NCBI RefSeq assembly: GCF_018977255.1
Contig: NW_024704742.1
Span: 112,842,001 to 112,906,000, forward strand
Length of the DNA stretch: 64,000 nucleotides
Direction of reading: 5' to 3'
Origin: Callorhinchus milii
Taxonomy: Eukaryota
Part shown: positions 27,075 to 40,900 of the stretch, in pieces
How the letters are laid out: the number at the start of each line of letters is the position of its first letter
How positions within the stretch are numbered: position 1 is the first letter of the stretch
Position numbers and translations under genes: made by a program
Notes under the pieces: generated by a model
What the model was told of the DNA's origin: nothing
Seen by the model: only the letters and a program-made list of their open reading frames with translations
Databases searched by the model: none

Positions 27075-27322
27075 TTTCCTTACCCCACATGCCTGTTTAC
27101 CTAGCACCTAGCAGTAGGTGGGAACCCGGTTGTTAGTCGATTGCCACATTGCTTTTCCAGAGGTAATAATCCCTCAAAAAATAATAATAATAATTTGGTC
27201 ACTCAATCCATGACTGTTTGTGGGACTCTGCAGTCAATTCACTTCATAACATATTCTCTGAAGTGCTTTGAGACGTCTCAAAGACATGATAAGATACTAT
27301 ATCAAATGGAAGGATTATTATT
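27075..27322 (+). mobile_element. SINE, truncated
   Basis: Similarity to the longer SINE subfamily; tail. Confidence 0.7.
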
Positions 27323-27833
27323 AACAGGTGTGTTCAATGTACTTTACTCTTTTATTAAAAGACAAGGAAATTACACACACAAGAGGAAGAATTTCCCAAT
27401 GTGTTGTCATTCCAGATAGTTATCTTATTATCACTATTTTTGCTACTGCAGAGCATATCTTGTGAAATCCATCGCTGGCTGGAAATTTAATCTAGGTTTA
27501 GTTTGTATATCAATTTTATCTTAAAATTAATGATTTGTGTAAAATTATGGAAATTTCTTAATCCCTGTTTTAATTTGGAAGCCATCTTTCTGGAGTTAAT
27601 AATAGGAATCCTTGCATTTGATATAGTGTCTTATCATGTCATTGAGCTGTCTCAAAGCATCAGAAGGTTGTGCTTCACAGGACATACTGCAAACTGGATT
27701 GACTGTGTATTTTCTGGGTGAAATGCGACTGCCAGTTTGCGCACAGCAATGGAGTGAGTGACTAATTTTATTTGGGCTTGCTGGCCAAGACAGGACACCA
27801 GAAGAAACTCACTTCTGTTTTCGAATAGTTCCA

Positions 27834-28436
27834 TTTTTTTCTTGTGGGGGGCATCCGGGCGTCTTACACATGCAGAAACTCATCACCATGCTAAAGGGTA
27901 GCCAAACCAAGCCCTCTCTCCCTGGAGGGACACATTCTGTTTACCTAATTTCGGAAAGTATTCAGCACAGGTTGGCAAGAGCCAAGGCTTGGGGACCCCA
28001 GAGTGTGCATGGGAGTACTGCTGGAGTCTAACCAGCTAAAACTATATAGCTTGCCATTCAGCGCCTTGGGACGTCCTCCTAACGTGAAAGGCGCTCTATA
28101 AATGGAATCTTGTTGTTGTTGTTGTTGATATTGCTTCCGACAAGCTTTTCCGCTGCTTGTCCAGCTAGGACCACCCTACCCATTAGGGTTTGGCTTGAAG
28201 AGTTAACAGGAGCTGAGTGGGATGACTCCCTGCCCCCAGTGACTGGTCTGCCCTTCCATGTCCTGCCAATGAGCCAGGCTGACTGTGCTGTCATCAGCAG
28301 AGCCCTGGAATACTGCGGACCCGCCTGGCTCAGGTAGCAGACTACCGAGACTGCCGCAGAGGGTTGGCTCAATTCTGACATTCCTTGCCAGGCATGTCAC
28401 CTTGGAGCTAGTTCAGCTCCAAGGAGACCCCGCTTA
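27834..28436 (-). mobile_element. Copy of the ~600-nt repeat with a nested L2 tail (~28059-28125)
   Basis: Colinear with 11380-11985; terminal 10-bp hairpin. Confidence 0.8.
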
Positions 28437-28549
28437 CCTGTCCCCCACTCACTAGTTAGTCGTTTGACATTCGCCAAGCATGGATTTGAGCCCTAACTAA
28501 GTGGATTGTAGGTACAAGGGAATTAAATGCATGAGAGCACTGCCAGACT

Positions 28550-28745
28550 AGTGCTATGGGATCTTCAACGTACACCTGAACATGCAGACGGGACCTTGGT
28601 TTAAGTTCTCATCCGAAGGACGACAATGCAACACGCCACAGGACTGCATTCGTGTGTCAATTTGTGACAGTGTGATTCCAAGTCCTGGCGTGGAGCTTGA
28701 ACGCACAATCTTCTGTAGCAAGAGTGCTACCACTGAGCCAGGCTG
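28550..28745 (-). mobile_element. Old tRNA-derived SINE 5' half
   Basis: ggctcagtggtagcactcttgc head on the minus strand. Confidence 0.7.
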
Positions 28746-30224
28746 GAAAGACTGGGTTTGAGAATTTTCCACAGTTCTGTGCTATCTTAAATATTAAAAC
28801 AAAATAGTCTTACATCAATGATACCAATAACAATTTACAACTATACAGCACCTTTCACATAAGTGGAACATCTTAAAGTGCTTCACACAGCTGACTGGGA
28901 AGCTTACAAGCTAAGACTAGATAGAATTTTGGGCCTTATGTCCAGTAATCATGTCAAAAGCTGATACTACAGATTCCAATACTGTTGTCTTATCAGTTTA
29001 ACAAATGGCTAAGATGGAACAAGTACCACCACCCACTCACCCCTAAGACATCAGCATGGAGGTGCTGAGGCTGAGAAGTCCTACTTTAGAATCAGATCTA
29101 TTTTTGAATATCAATTAGATTGAATGCTACTGAAAAAGGCTGCTGAAATGCATTTTACTGTTCTCAAGGGGCATTATGTGTAGAAGCATCACATCTGAAA
29201 TGTTCCATTTATGTTCACATATTGCAGCCCATATGCTCAGAGACCTTTGTATTTAATCTGTCTAGTTGTGATTCACCAGAGACATCTTATCTTGCCTATT
29301 TATAAAATTGCAGATCCTCGATATGCTTATTTAGGTAAGTCAAGTCAAGTAAATAATTAAACAGCAACTTAAAGAATTAAATAGTAAACATTTTGCTTTT
29401 CCATGTCTTAAGTATATATTTATCACTTTTTGAGGCTGAGCAAGCAAACAATATCTTTCAACTTACCCCCAATTTACCCCCTCAATCCCTAACCGCTGCC
29501 TTGGAGTCCTCTGAACTCCTCTCCCGCTGGCCTTCAGAAATACACAAATAAGTGTTCCAGTTTTTATTTATTATGCTTTAAACACACTGAAGCAAAATTA
29601 TAAAAAATACTGCTTCGCTGGAGTCCGTATAACCCATCAAACTTAAACTGATGTTAGAATAATCATTGGAGCTACCTTCTCTAATCCCAAATCCCTACTC
29701 TATCTACATAACATTCATTTTGTTTTTTTCTCTTCAAATGTTTCACAATTCCCTTTGACATGCTGTTGTAGTGAAGTTTTGAGCCAATTCTTTATTCATT
29801 CTGCAAATTTTTCAACACTCAATGGGATCCAATGATATTCTGCTGAATCTGAAAATGAGCAAAGCTTAGCAACAAACTATTTCATGCCTCAATGAGGAAT
29901 AAACAGTTATATTTATAAGTTTTCTACACTCAGTAAGAATTATGTGCAGAAACCCTATGTACCTCCCAAGTTATTTTCCCTTCACACAGCTTTCCAATTC
30001 GACAAACTTTCTTGTTCTTTTAGCAATTCACAATGATTTTCTCACTCCTGAGGCTCATGCTGAAATGTGGGACAGAAACATTAATCTTTATGCAATTTTT
30101 GCAGTCTGTTTTTTTTGGTCAGCGTCCAATATTTTCTTATAAGATAACATGTTTTTTATTAAAATTGTTTCTTTTGGTGTTTTTTTTCCAAGGAATTAAT
30201 GTCAACAATTGTCATAACTTACCT

Positions 30225-32310
30225 CCATTAACTCGAGCATGTATTGTGCATCCTTGGATGCTGATGCCGTCAGTGCCTGAGGTGCGGAGACTCTGGTGTG
30301 AGCCAATCAGAAGAGCCTTGGTCTTGCTGACATTCAACTGTAAAAAGTTAGCTCTCATCCAGGAGTTGATGTCTGACAGGCAGTCTGACAGGACATCAGT
30401 GGTCCTGGAATCTAGCGTGAAGGCAGAGAGATAGAGTTGGGTGTCATCCGCATACATGTGGAAGTTGACCCCATGTCTGAGGATGATGTCACCAAGAGGA
30501 AACATTTACAGGTTGAAGAGGAGAGGACCAAGGACAGAGCCCTGAGGAACACCGCATGAGACGGTGCGGGGCCTGGAGGAGAAGCTGTTTGTGGAGACAA
30601 AGTGGAACCGATGTGAGAGATAGGACAGAACTTTGAAGGTTGAGGTGAGAGGAGAGGCAATGGAAGAGGATAGAGATCCACAGTGTCAAGGGCAGAAGAA
30701 AGGTTGAGGAGGAGAGAAGGAGCCGTGGTTACAGATAGACAGAATGTCATTTGTCACCTTTTGGAGGGGTTGGTAAAGGGAATGGCAGGAGAGGAAGGAG
30801 TGAAGGTGGGAAGCAACAAAGGAAAGGGAAGTTGGAGATGGGGTGATAGTTTGTGAGCAGAGATGAGTATAGGGAAGGTTCTTTTAGGATGGGGTGATGA
30901 CAGCTATTTTTAGGGGCGTAGGAATGGTGCCAGTTGACATAGAGAGGTTGACAACAACAACAGCAAAATTACATTTGTATAGCACCTTTCACGTTGGAGG
31001 ATGTCCCAAGGTGCTGGACAGTCAGTGTTTCAGTCCTGAGTTGGGGGTTCGGATCGGGGAGGATTGAGGGCAGGTGGGGCAGGAGGTTGATCAAAGGCAT
31101 GGTCATAGAGGAGGGTCTTAAGATGGATCTTGAAGGAGGCAAGCGAAGGGGCAAGGTGGAGTAACTGTGAGATAGAGTTCCAGAGGGTGGGGGCAGAGTG
31201 GCTGAAGGCTCACCCACCAACGGTGTGAGGCGGGTGATGCGGAGGACATGAAGCAGGCTGGAGCCTGCTGAGCGGAGGGAATACACAGATTGATAGGGGG
31301 TTAGGAGGTTGCATAGGTAAGGGGGAGCAAAGCCATGGATGGCTTTGAAGGTGAGGTCCAGGATCTTGACAACACCTGAGAGTAAATGAGTGAGGTAAGA
31401 AGTGGGGTAAAGTTGGGATCGAGGGAGCAGGTGGTGGGCTTCATGCGGGTAATATTGGTGGTGAGAGTGGAGGGGGAAACAGGTTCAAAGGTGTGGAGGG
31501 AGGAATGGGTAGGGGCCAGAGTGTGAGGGAGAGATGGTAGGGTGTGGTGGTTGGGAGGGCAGAGGCAACTGAACAGATACCCTCTATTTTGGTTGTGAGA
31601 AAATTCAGCATGTCCTCGCAGTTGGTGTTGGAGGAGAGATTGGGCAAGGCATGAGAAGGTGGATGGAGGAGCCGGTTGGTATTGGAGAAGAGGAGCCTGG
31701 GGTTGTCCTTGGTCACCAAAATTATATTGGGATAGGAGGATAATTTAGCAGAGGTGAGGGCAGAGCCGTACGTTTTGATGTGGTCCAGCCAGATGTGCCG
31801 GTGGACCGTTAAATCAGATTTGAGCCAGGTGTGTTTCACAGTACGCACCTGACCCTTGAGTGAGCAGAGGTGCCTGGTGTACGAGGGTGAGTTGAGTGAG
31901 TAGGAGGTGGTTCAGGAGGTGTAGTGGGCAAGAGCATCGATATTGGTGGATAAGGAGTTGTGGAGGAGAGTGACCAAGGAGCATAAGTCGGTGTGAGAGG
32001 TATGCCAGAGGGGGAGGAGATCAGACAAATCCAGGGCAGCAGAAAGGGAATGTGGGGAGATTCTTTTCCAAGGACAGTAGGAGATAGAGGTGGGTTGGGT
32101 GGCAGTTGGAAAAGGGATTGAGGAGTTAAGGGAGATGAAATGGTGATCTGAGATGGCTTTATCTGTGATTGTCAAGTCCAAAACACTGAAGCCCCGAGTA
32201 ACTTCCAGGTTGAGTGGGCGGCTATGAACATGGGTGGCAGAGTGGATGTGGAGGAAGAAGTCGTGAGAGGAAAGAAGAGAGAAGTCAGTGAAGATAGAGC
32301 AAGAGGGATG
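30225..32310 (-). mobile_element. Decayed L2 ORF2 (end of endonuclease to RT) with a nested L2
   Basis: ISDHHFISL (APE C-terminus), [16 protein letters not shown]. Confidence 0.88.
30957..31365 (-). mobile_element. L2 3' end nested in an older L2
   Basis: TSD ttgacaaca at 30948-30956 and 31366-31374. Confidence 0.85.
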
Positions 32311-35068
32311 AAGTAAATAACTCACCTCCTGTGGTCATCACATCCGATCCCCATCCCCCTGAAAAAGAATAATTTCCTTTTATTTACCAGGTGAGGAATA
32401 TTATCTTTAATAATGCAATTGAAAATGATTCATGATAAACCTGCATCTTACATTCCCTGAAATGAAGACTGACAATGAAGAGAATAGAACAATGTTTCCA
32501 TTTTACGTCTTGTAAGAGTACCAAAGGATTCCTGATGCATATTGTGCACGTTACTGGCAAATGCCGTGGTGAGCTCCAACAATGTGGTATGAACTACAGT
32601 TACAAAAGTATATTATTCACGGTAAAACTATCTTTGAGTGCTCATTCAGGTGAATGAAGACAGTTGCCGCAGAATGGAACATTTTTCCATTTTGCAACTG
32701 GCAACAATATATTCTTAAGTCATATCTGATGGTATCAGCAGCACTGGTGAGCTTCAGCAATCTCTGACCTCACCTTAGCCCCAGAAGGACAAACTCTTCT
32801 TGCAGCAAATAACGCTAACTTTGAATCCTAGTAATCTTACGACTACGGTGAAACAAAGGTTATTTAGTTTGGCATTCACTACTCTAATTGAAGGGTATAA
32901 TATGTAATCTATTTGCAATCCTTTACAACTACAATCAAGAGCAGTTCTCCATGTATTTTTCTAGGTTTAGGATCAAACACAGCAGGTCTCCAAAAATAAA
33001 ACTGAAATAAAGCTGTTGACTTTGTAAGATTGTATTGATAAGAAACAAGCTCAGGTTCATTTACAAAAGATAGTGCAGTTCTAACAGTATAAATAAAAAG
33101 TATAAATAAAACATATCCTTGCAGTTAGATACTTTTGAATAATGGAAGCATTATAGAAGTACAATGGAAGCATTCTGTCCCTCCAAACAAGAATTTGGCA
33201 AAAATTCACAGATTACTATTCCAACTGTGTACAGATTGTGAGCCTTACCAGCTAACTGACCTGTTTTAATAAGAAAACCTTTTGAAATATTTATACAGAC
33301 ATCCCTAATTACCAGATCCATTGCCTGAACTGGAGTTTAAACATTTGCTGTGTATGGAGCAACTAAGAGATGTCTACATGTCTTAGAGTTGTTTCTACTG
33401 AACAGTGCACTGCACGGACCTTGTGGTTCCAGCAGATACCTAATCAGTTTTCGTCTTAAATTTATAACATATTAGAATTTCTTGATATACAGATTATACC
33501 GCACACTGCTTAGTTTGGCCATTCGTTCCCAGACATGTTAATAAATTATAACCCGGCAAAGTGAATGTGCTGTATTCATGAATTTGAAGAACACAATAAA
33601 AGAACATGAGCGATGACTACATATTTTCTGCTGGCTCTACTGTGTGCTCTGCAGTCTTTGGACGATGCCACTAATGATGTCAAATGATACAGATCATTTT
33701 GCTTTAATGCAGTATAGATATTTGGGGAGGAAAATGAGTTACTCCTAACCGTAATTATCATAGGAAAAAATAGGAATGCTTTACTGAATGGACAGAACAT
33801 TCATCTGAAATATGCCCTTAATTAACGGGGTTGAGAATTATTCCCCTGTCTCCAGCTTCTAGACAATGGTTTCTCTCACAGATTTGCAGTGGCATTTTTC
33901 TTTTACCTAAAACCAATCTTAAGGGCTGACTCTATTTTCTGCTCCAGAGCATAATTTGGCTGCTTGGTTAGCTGGACTCAATTCTTTCATTACAGGTGAA
34001 GCTATTTGAAGGACCCAGATACAAGGAGACCAGGTCACTTTTCCCTATGGCAACAATACAAAATAGTGAGTTGAAGGTGTATCTGGGTATATCTGCTATT
34101 AGCTTGAAACAAAAGGTTGGCATAAACCTCCATAACAAGAGAGGGCTGCAAGCCCTGCTGTCATGCTCAACCCTGGAACTTATGTTGGAAGATTGTGTGA
34201 CATCAGAAAACCTTTTGCGTTTGTCCCTATTTTGGGAATTGATTATTTTGGTGCATTTCTGGGATTTAAGCCTGTTTCATGCATTTTGGAAGACAAGGGG
34301 AAATTACCCAAATAAAATGGATTTTATAACAAGAGAAAAACAAATATTTTGAAAGATGTACCTTACACATGGTCTATTTCTTATTAATTTAAAGTTAGAT
34401 GCCTATACGCCTACCTGACCAAAAAAAGTTGATGCATTTGTTCCCATGGCTATTTAATTGCTTACAGGTGCACTTGATGTCCTTGTTTTATATTTTGGTT
34501 AATATGATTCAAAAAAATCTTTCAATGTATTACAGTAGGCTGAAGTAAAATTGATTTATGAACTGCACTTTTCTTTCAGTTGCTATTAAAGTATTATACT
34601 ACAGTTAGCATTACCATTTTGGGACAAATAACTATGTGGCTCAATGAGCTGCACAGAGAATTCTATTATCATTGCTGAAATGTACACTTCTCAGCTGTTT
34701 TTATTATTTCCTCAACTATCAATTTATTCCCCAAACTTTTTCAGTTTAGTCTCCATTTTTTTATATACACAAAGATGTATTCAGAAATGGCTTGGAGAAG
34801 AGTTGTCTTATAATGTTATGAATGGTGTCAGCTTGGCTCTGTTAGTAGCACTCTTGCCTGTGAGTCAGAGGTTTGTGGGTTCATGTCCCACTTTGAGCCT
34901 TGGAACTCATATATCTTGGCTGACACATCAACCTAATGCTGGATTGGGGGAGGGCAGTAGCATTGTGGAGATTTTCAATCACATTTTGTGGCTTTCAGAA
35001 GATCACAAATCTTTTAGTCTTTGAATTGTAATAATAATCCTTACATTTGATACATTTGATTAAATTAA

Positions 35069-35396
35069 GGAGTCCTGTAGCTCAGTGGTTAGAGAATTCG
35101 CCTTGCAAGCAAGAGACCTGGATTCAATTCCCGGCCGGGTGAATCCTTGGGCAAGTTTCCTTACTCCACACACCTGATAATAAGCCCGAAAGAAAAAAAA
35201 ACACAATAATAATTTAGTGATTCAATCCATGACTGTTTGTGGGACACTGCTGTGCGCAATTTGGCTGCTGAGTTTCGCCCACAAATATGCAGTCAATTCA
35301 CTTTACAGTATATTCTGTGAAGACCTTTGAAACGTCTAGAAGACATGAAAAGTGCTATATCAAATGCAAGGATTATTATTGTTATTATTATTATTA
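35069..35396 (+). mobile_element. Full-length tRNA/Deu-like SINE, apparently nested in an older SINE (~34830-35690)
   Basis: ggagtcctgtagctcagtgg head, (TAT)n tail; older SINE sequence on both sides. Confidence 0.85.
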
Positions 35397-35759
35397 GATG
35401 CCGTCTTTCAGATGAGATGCTAAACTGAAGTCTCATCTGATATAAAATAAGTCCCTGTTCAGGAGGCATTAAAGATCCCATGCCCTAGTTGAAAAGAGAA
35501 GGGAGTTGCTCCTGGTGTCTTGGCCAATAACTCTCCCGCACCCCCCACCAAATAAAATTGGTCACTCACTTCATGGCTGTTTGTCGGACATTGCTGTGTC
35601 ACTTTACAATAATTCATGTTAAGTGCTTTGAGACATCCTCCCAATGTGAAAGGTACTGTATACCAAATTAAGGATCATTATTATTATACAATCTACTGCT
35701 CAAACCTAGCAATGTGACTGGTGAATAATAGGAAGATGAACAGCATTCAGGATGGTCAA

Positions 35760-36050
35760 GCAACCTGTAACTAAATGGGTTAAATGGGTGGAGGATTGGT
35801 TTTACTGAAAAAGGTGTAAGATAATGAATATTGTGAAACGTATGTGTCTGTAAAAATACAAGTGAGATCCATTAGCAGAGGTGGAAAAGGAAAAGGATTT
35901 CGGTTAGATTATTGATCATTCACTGATGGTTTCCTGTCAATACAAAATCGCTATCATCAGAGATACTTAAGTACATCTTGAGAGCATTCAACTATCAGCT
36001 GAAATAATCTGTTCTAACCTTGGTAGGTCAATGGTGAGGCCACAATTGTA
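35760..36050 (+). mobile_element. Highly decayed CR1 RT-region fragment
   Basis: Weak resemblance (aaggtgtaagataatgaat, gaaaaggatttcgg, ggtgaggccacaattg). Confidence 0.4.
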
Positions 36051-37519
36051 AAATAGGTTTTTTTTCTGCTGTTCACTAGGAATTATTTTGCTAACAAAAT
36101 ACACAGTTAATCTACTTTACAGTATATCCTGTGAAGCACTTTGAGACATCGCAACAATGTGAAAGGCGCAGTGTGATAAGGATTATTATTATTAATTCAG
36201 AGATGCTAAGAGATTTGTGATCTTCTGAAAGCCACAAAATGTGATTAAAATAATTGCCATTTCCCCATGGGTATCCAGTACACATTCCAGTCATTTTTCT
36301 TTGGTGGAAATTGTTGAGTTCCCCTCTCCCCCTTGGATGTTCAGGCTGACTGAGATTAACTCAAATTAAAGTTTCTCACTGCTTTCAGTCAGGGTTTAAG
36401 ATCCATATCACATCAGGTCATAGTTCTGGTGGATGGAAAAGATCCCATGAGTACAACAACTACAGCAACAACTTGCACTTACATAGCCCCCTCCACGTAG
36501 GGTAGGGTCTCAGAGCACTTAACTGTGGCAGAGCCTGAATCCAAGACGGGGGGAGGTGGCAGTAATCATGACTGTTCAAAAGGAGGAATTTTGCCTAGTG
36601 TTCTGACCACCAATCTTCTAGATTAACCGTCCATTCACCTCATGGCTGTTTACTCTTCACCTTGTTGCAGCAAATCACTGCTACAAGATTACAAAATTGG
36701 TTTGGGTAAAGAAAGCCCCTTTGGTTCATCTAATCTCATCCATCAAGAATACTCATGCAAATTATTTTGTTCTTGTAATTAATACAATTTAGACCAGAAT
36801 GTACAAAATGACCTTTTTATTCAATTCTACACTTCACAAATTAAATAGGATTTATTAAAATCATGATGTTATCATTTATTTATTAGTGGGGGAACCCATG
36901 CATTTCTCATCATTATCATAAAATTGATATCATACTGTGTTCACAGGTAGTTTTCAAACAAAAAAATTCCAGTGAAGGTCATTACTCATCTTTATTTAAT
37001 CACCTTGAGAAGCAAAATCATTTTTGAAATGACTGATATATTTTTAAACCGATACTGAACTATTGGTTCTGCCAAAAATACCTTGGCTGGGTAAAGCAAA
37101 CAGTGAGCTGCCTTTACGAGGTCAAATAAGAGAATGCGAAAGTGTATCATGTTTGATAACACTGCTGCTATCACAAAACCCTCTATTGTTGGAGACTGTC
37201 AGTTAGGAGACCAAGCTTTCCCCTAGTGTGGAGCAGACATCTGGCCCATTACAAACAGTGTCTCTGAGCAAATACAATGCTTGAGTAAATCAAAGATTTG
37301 TGAAGACAGTGTGATCGAAGCCTCTGTTAGAATTTTAAGGAAGAACAAAGCCAACAGAATACTGAACAAGTTTCACACACTATCACGCATCCCAGCTCAC
37401 TTGATGATTAAATCCTGCAGCCATCTTTCTTGAAGAAGGACATTTTAATTGTTCTGTGATGTATAATTTACATGCAATGTACACAATTGACTGCTACTTT
37501 CACCTACAAAATATGCAAC

Positions 37520-37845
37520 CTACCTATCCGATCTGCTTACCCCCTAGTCCACCACACACTGCCTCCGCTCGGCTGGCTCCAGCCTCCTGTTTGTCTCTCG
37601 TCCCCTCTGCTCCGCCATCGGCTGCCATGCCTTCACCCACAATGTCCCAAAACTCTGGAACTCTGTCCATCAATCCCTCCGCCTTAACCCCTCCCTCCCC
37701 ACCTTTAAATCCCACTCAAATACCTCCCTTTTTGATTGCGATTACGGTCACCTCCCTCCCCCCCTGGCTCGGCATCAAATTCAGCCACCGTCAAGTGCTC
37801 CAGGATGCTACCCTGTGTGAAGAACGCTATATAAATACAAGTTGT
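37520..37845 (+). mobile_element. L2 3' end
   Basis: Pyrimidine-rich ORF2 end and tail cgctatataaatacaagttg. Confidence 0.8.
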
Positions 37846-38164
37846 TATATACAGTCAATTCGCTTTACAGTGTATTCTATGAAGTGCTTTGAGGCCTCAA
37901 ATGACATGATTGGCCTTTATCAAATGCAAGGATGATTATTATTATGTGAAATGCAAGGAGAATTATTATTATAAATTCTCTGACAAACCAATTGTAAAGA
38001 TTTAACACAGTCAAGCTAGAAATTACTACACTGAAGGCAGAAAAAAATCAAGATCTTTTTGCAGCCTATCAATGTTGCAACATAAGCTTTGTTGTTCAAA
38101 GATCTGCTTTTAATCACTAAAAAAAAGTTACATATTTGGGTGAAATAATAAAAAAAAATGACTT

Positions 38165-38270
38165 AAACAAAAACAGAGAGAGCTGGGAAAACTCAGCAGG
38201 TCAGGCAGCATCTATGAAGAAAGGAAAGTGAGTCAAAGTTTCGGGCCCACAACCCTTCTTCAAAATAGCA
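38165..38270 (-). mobile_element. Second Penelope-like terminal fragment
   Basis: Reverse complement ttgaaga-a-gggtt-gtg-ggccc-gaaactttgac...gatgctgcctgacctgctgag; flanking aatgactt repeat at 38157 and 38280. Confidence 0.6.
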
Positions 38271-39149
38271 TTAAATAATAATGACTTGTTTTAATCACTT
38301 GTGTGCGTCTATCAATCTAACTTAATGATCTGGAATAAAAGTAAGGGTCGTTGACCATCAATTGTACACATGTTTAGGGCTTAATGAGACAATTTTCTAC
38401 AGGCCAGTAAATTTTTTTGTTAATTTACACTTATGTAGGTAATATTTGTTCAGACTTAAAAGTGCATTTGGACCACTATCTTTACTCGTTCAAGTTCCGA
38501 CGTAGTTTAACATGGTACTAAAGCCTTCAGTGCAATGGAGTAAAAACATTGATTAAGTTAATTGTAACTATACATCCTATTTTATTAATGCTGGGAAAGC
38601 TGACAGGTGATGGGTGGTGTGGTCAAGTTATATGACACACCTATGCCAGGCCTTAATCTGTGTGAAGGGGGGAAAATCAGCGTGACAAGAATTGAGATTT
38701 TACCTTGATTCACAATGGACCAGTGAAAAAATACTGCACACGTTATACGTCACATGTGGAGACATTGTATACTAAAAATTCTGTGTGATGAACTCAGAGA
38801 TGAACACTGGAGAATGAGCAGCAAGGCTTATTTGCTACAGATTATGATGGTACATTATCTGGTTGTTCATGTTAATTCATGTGTAACATATATGTGAAAT
38901 AAATAGTTCTACTATTGCAAACTGTACCATCCCAGATATGTAGCCCTCTAAGTAAATATTGTTGTCATCGTCAGTCTCAACAGAAAAGACACCTGACATA
39001 TCAGACTGAACATTTCATAAACTGTTGAGATTTCTATGTAGAATTCCGAACACCATAACTGTAGGGACTCTTCCTAGGAACTGGGATCAACAGACTGGTG
39101 TAAAGGAGAAAAAAAAGGCATTAAGAGAAAACATGTCAAAACATGTCAC

Positions 39150-39425
39150 AGGATTTATTGTAAAGTGCAGTGACTCTGTATTTTGTAGGCGAACTCAGCA
39201 GCCAACTTGCATACATCAGTGTCCCACAAACAGCCATGAAGTAAGTGACTAACTTTATCTGGGGAATTGTTGGCCAGGACATCAGAAGAAGTCCCTTCTC
39301 TTTTCAACGAGTGCCATGAGATCTTTAGTATCCATTTGATGAGACTGATGAGGCTGATGAGACCTTAGTTTAATGTTTCATCTGAAAATGCAGTGCATCC
39401 CCAGCATCACATTAGAGTGTCAATT
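39150..39425 (-). mobile_element. Old Deu-like SINE
   Basis: gtcccacaaacagccatgaagt. Confidence 0.65.
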
Positions 39426-39479
39426 TACGAAGCACATGTTTCAGAGATTTGAAGATTGTTATTACCATACAATAATACA

Positions 39480-40900
39480 ATACAAATTTACATTTATTTA
39501 GCACTTTTCACCTGGAGAGGACAGTCCAGGATTTGCATTCGAGCTGAGAACCAGGGAGGAGGTTGGCCAAAGACACAGTCAAAGAGGAAGGTCTTGAAGG
39601 TGGACCTTGAAGGAAGCAAGGAAAGAGGTGAGTCAAAGCAATTCCGGGATGGAGTTCCAGAGAGCAGGGACAGATACATTGAAAGCCTGTCTGTCGATAG
39701 TGGGGTGGATGGTGTGGGGGACGTGAAGCAGGCTCGCTGAGCGAAAGGAATGGCCAGTTTGGTAGGGATTGAGAACGTCACAGAGGTAGGGATAAACAAG
39801 ACTACAGAGGGATTTAAAGTTCGAGGATTTTGAACTCAATCCGCTATAGATGTGGAGCCAGTGGAGCCAAGCAAGGATGGGAGCGATAGGCTTGCATTGC
39901 CTAGTGGGGGAGAGGACATGAGCTGCAGAGTTCTGGATAAGTTGAGACTTGTGAAGTGAAGAATAAGTAGCCTGGCAAGCAGAGAGTTGGCAGAATCTAG
40001 CCTGAATATGATGAATGCTTGGAATAGGGTCTTGATGATCTGAGGGGAGAAGTAATAGTGGAGGCAAACAATGTGTTACAGAGGTGAGGGAAAGCTGAGC
40101 ATATTAGCGCATGGAATGAAGTTTAGTTGATTACAGTTGAGAGTTGAACAAGGTTCCACAAAGGCTCCATGAGGTAGAGCATGCATCCAGATAGTTAGAA
40201 ACTGTCAGTGTTTGTGATGAGAAGGCGCTGACAGGAGCCAAACAGGAGAGCCTCCTCCTCCTGTCAATGTTCAGCTGGAGAAAGTTGGAGCTCATCCAGG
40301 ACTTGTTGTCCAACAGGCAATCGGTCAGATCATTGGTGGTCCTGGAATCAAGGGTAGAGGCAGAGAGATAGAGTTGGGTGTCAGTCACATACATGTGGAA
40401 GTGAACCACATGCCTGCAGATGACATTACCGAATGAGAGATTATAGATATTAAAAAGAAGAGAACCAAGGATAGAGCCTTGAGGAATGCTGCACGTGATA
40501 GTACAGGTGCAGGAGGGGAATCACGGATGTGTGGATTTGTGGAGACAAACTGGAGATGTTGGGATAGGAAAGATTGAAACCAGGAGAAGACAGAATCATA
40601 AAGATGGAGCTGTGAGGTACGGCATTGGAGAAGGATAATATGATCAAAAATGTTAAAGGCAGCAGAGAAATCAAGAAGATCAGGGAGGCAGAGAGAGCCC
40701 TGGTCAGGGATAGAAAGGTTGTCATTGGTGACTTTCACCAGGGTAGGCTCAATGCTGTGGTTAGGGCAGACACCAGATCAGACAGACTCATGCACGGAGT
40801 GCCCGGAAAGGAAAGAGTGAAACTGGGAAGTAGTGACTTGTTCCAGTACCTTGGTCAGGAAAAGAAGGTTAGAGACAGGACATCAGTTAGGAAACATTCT
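39480..40900 (-). mobile_element. Decayed L2 ORF2 and 3' end
   Basis: KVTNDNL, LLDFSAAF, HMYVTDTQLY, IQNSAAHVL. Confidence 0.88.

Noticed and set aside
33996..34352. 118-aa ORF after an acceptor-like site
   Set aside because: GTG start, no recognisable domain, and length compatible with chance
39338..39362. ctgatga repeats as a hammerhead ribozyme or C/D snoRNA
   Set aside because: Short tandem duplication inside an old SINE, with no stem II plus GAAA
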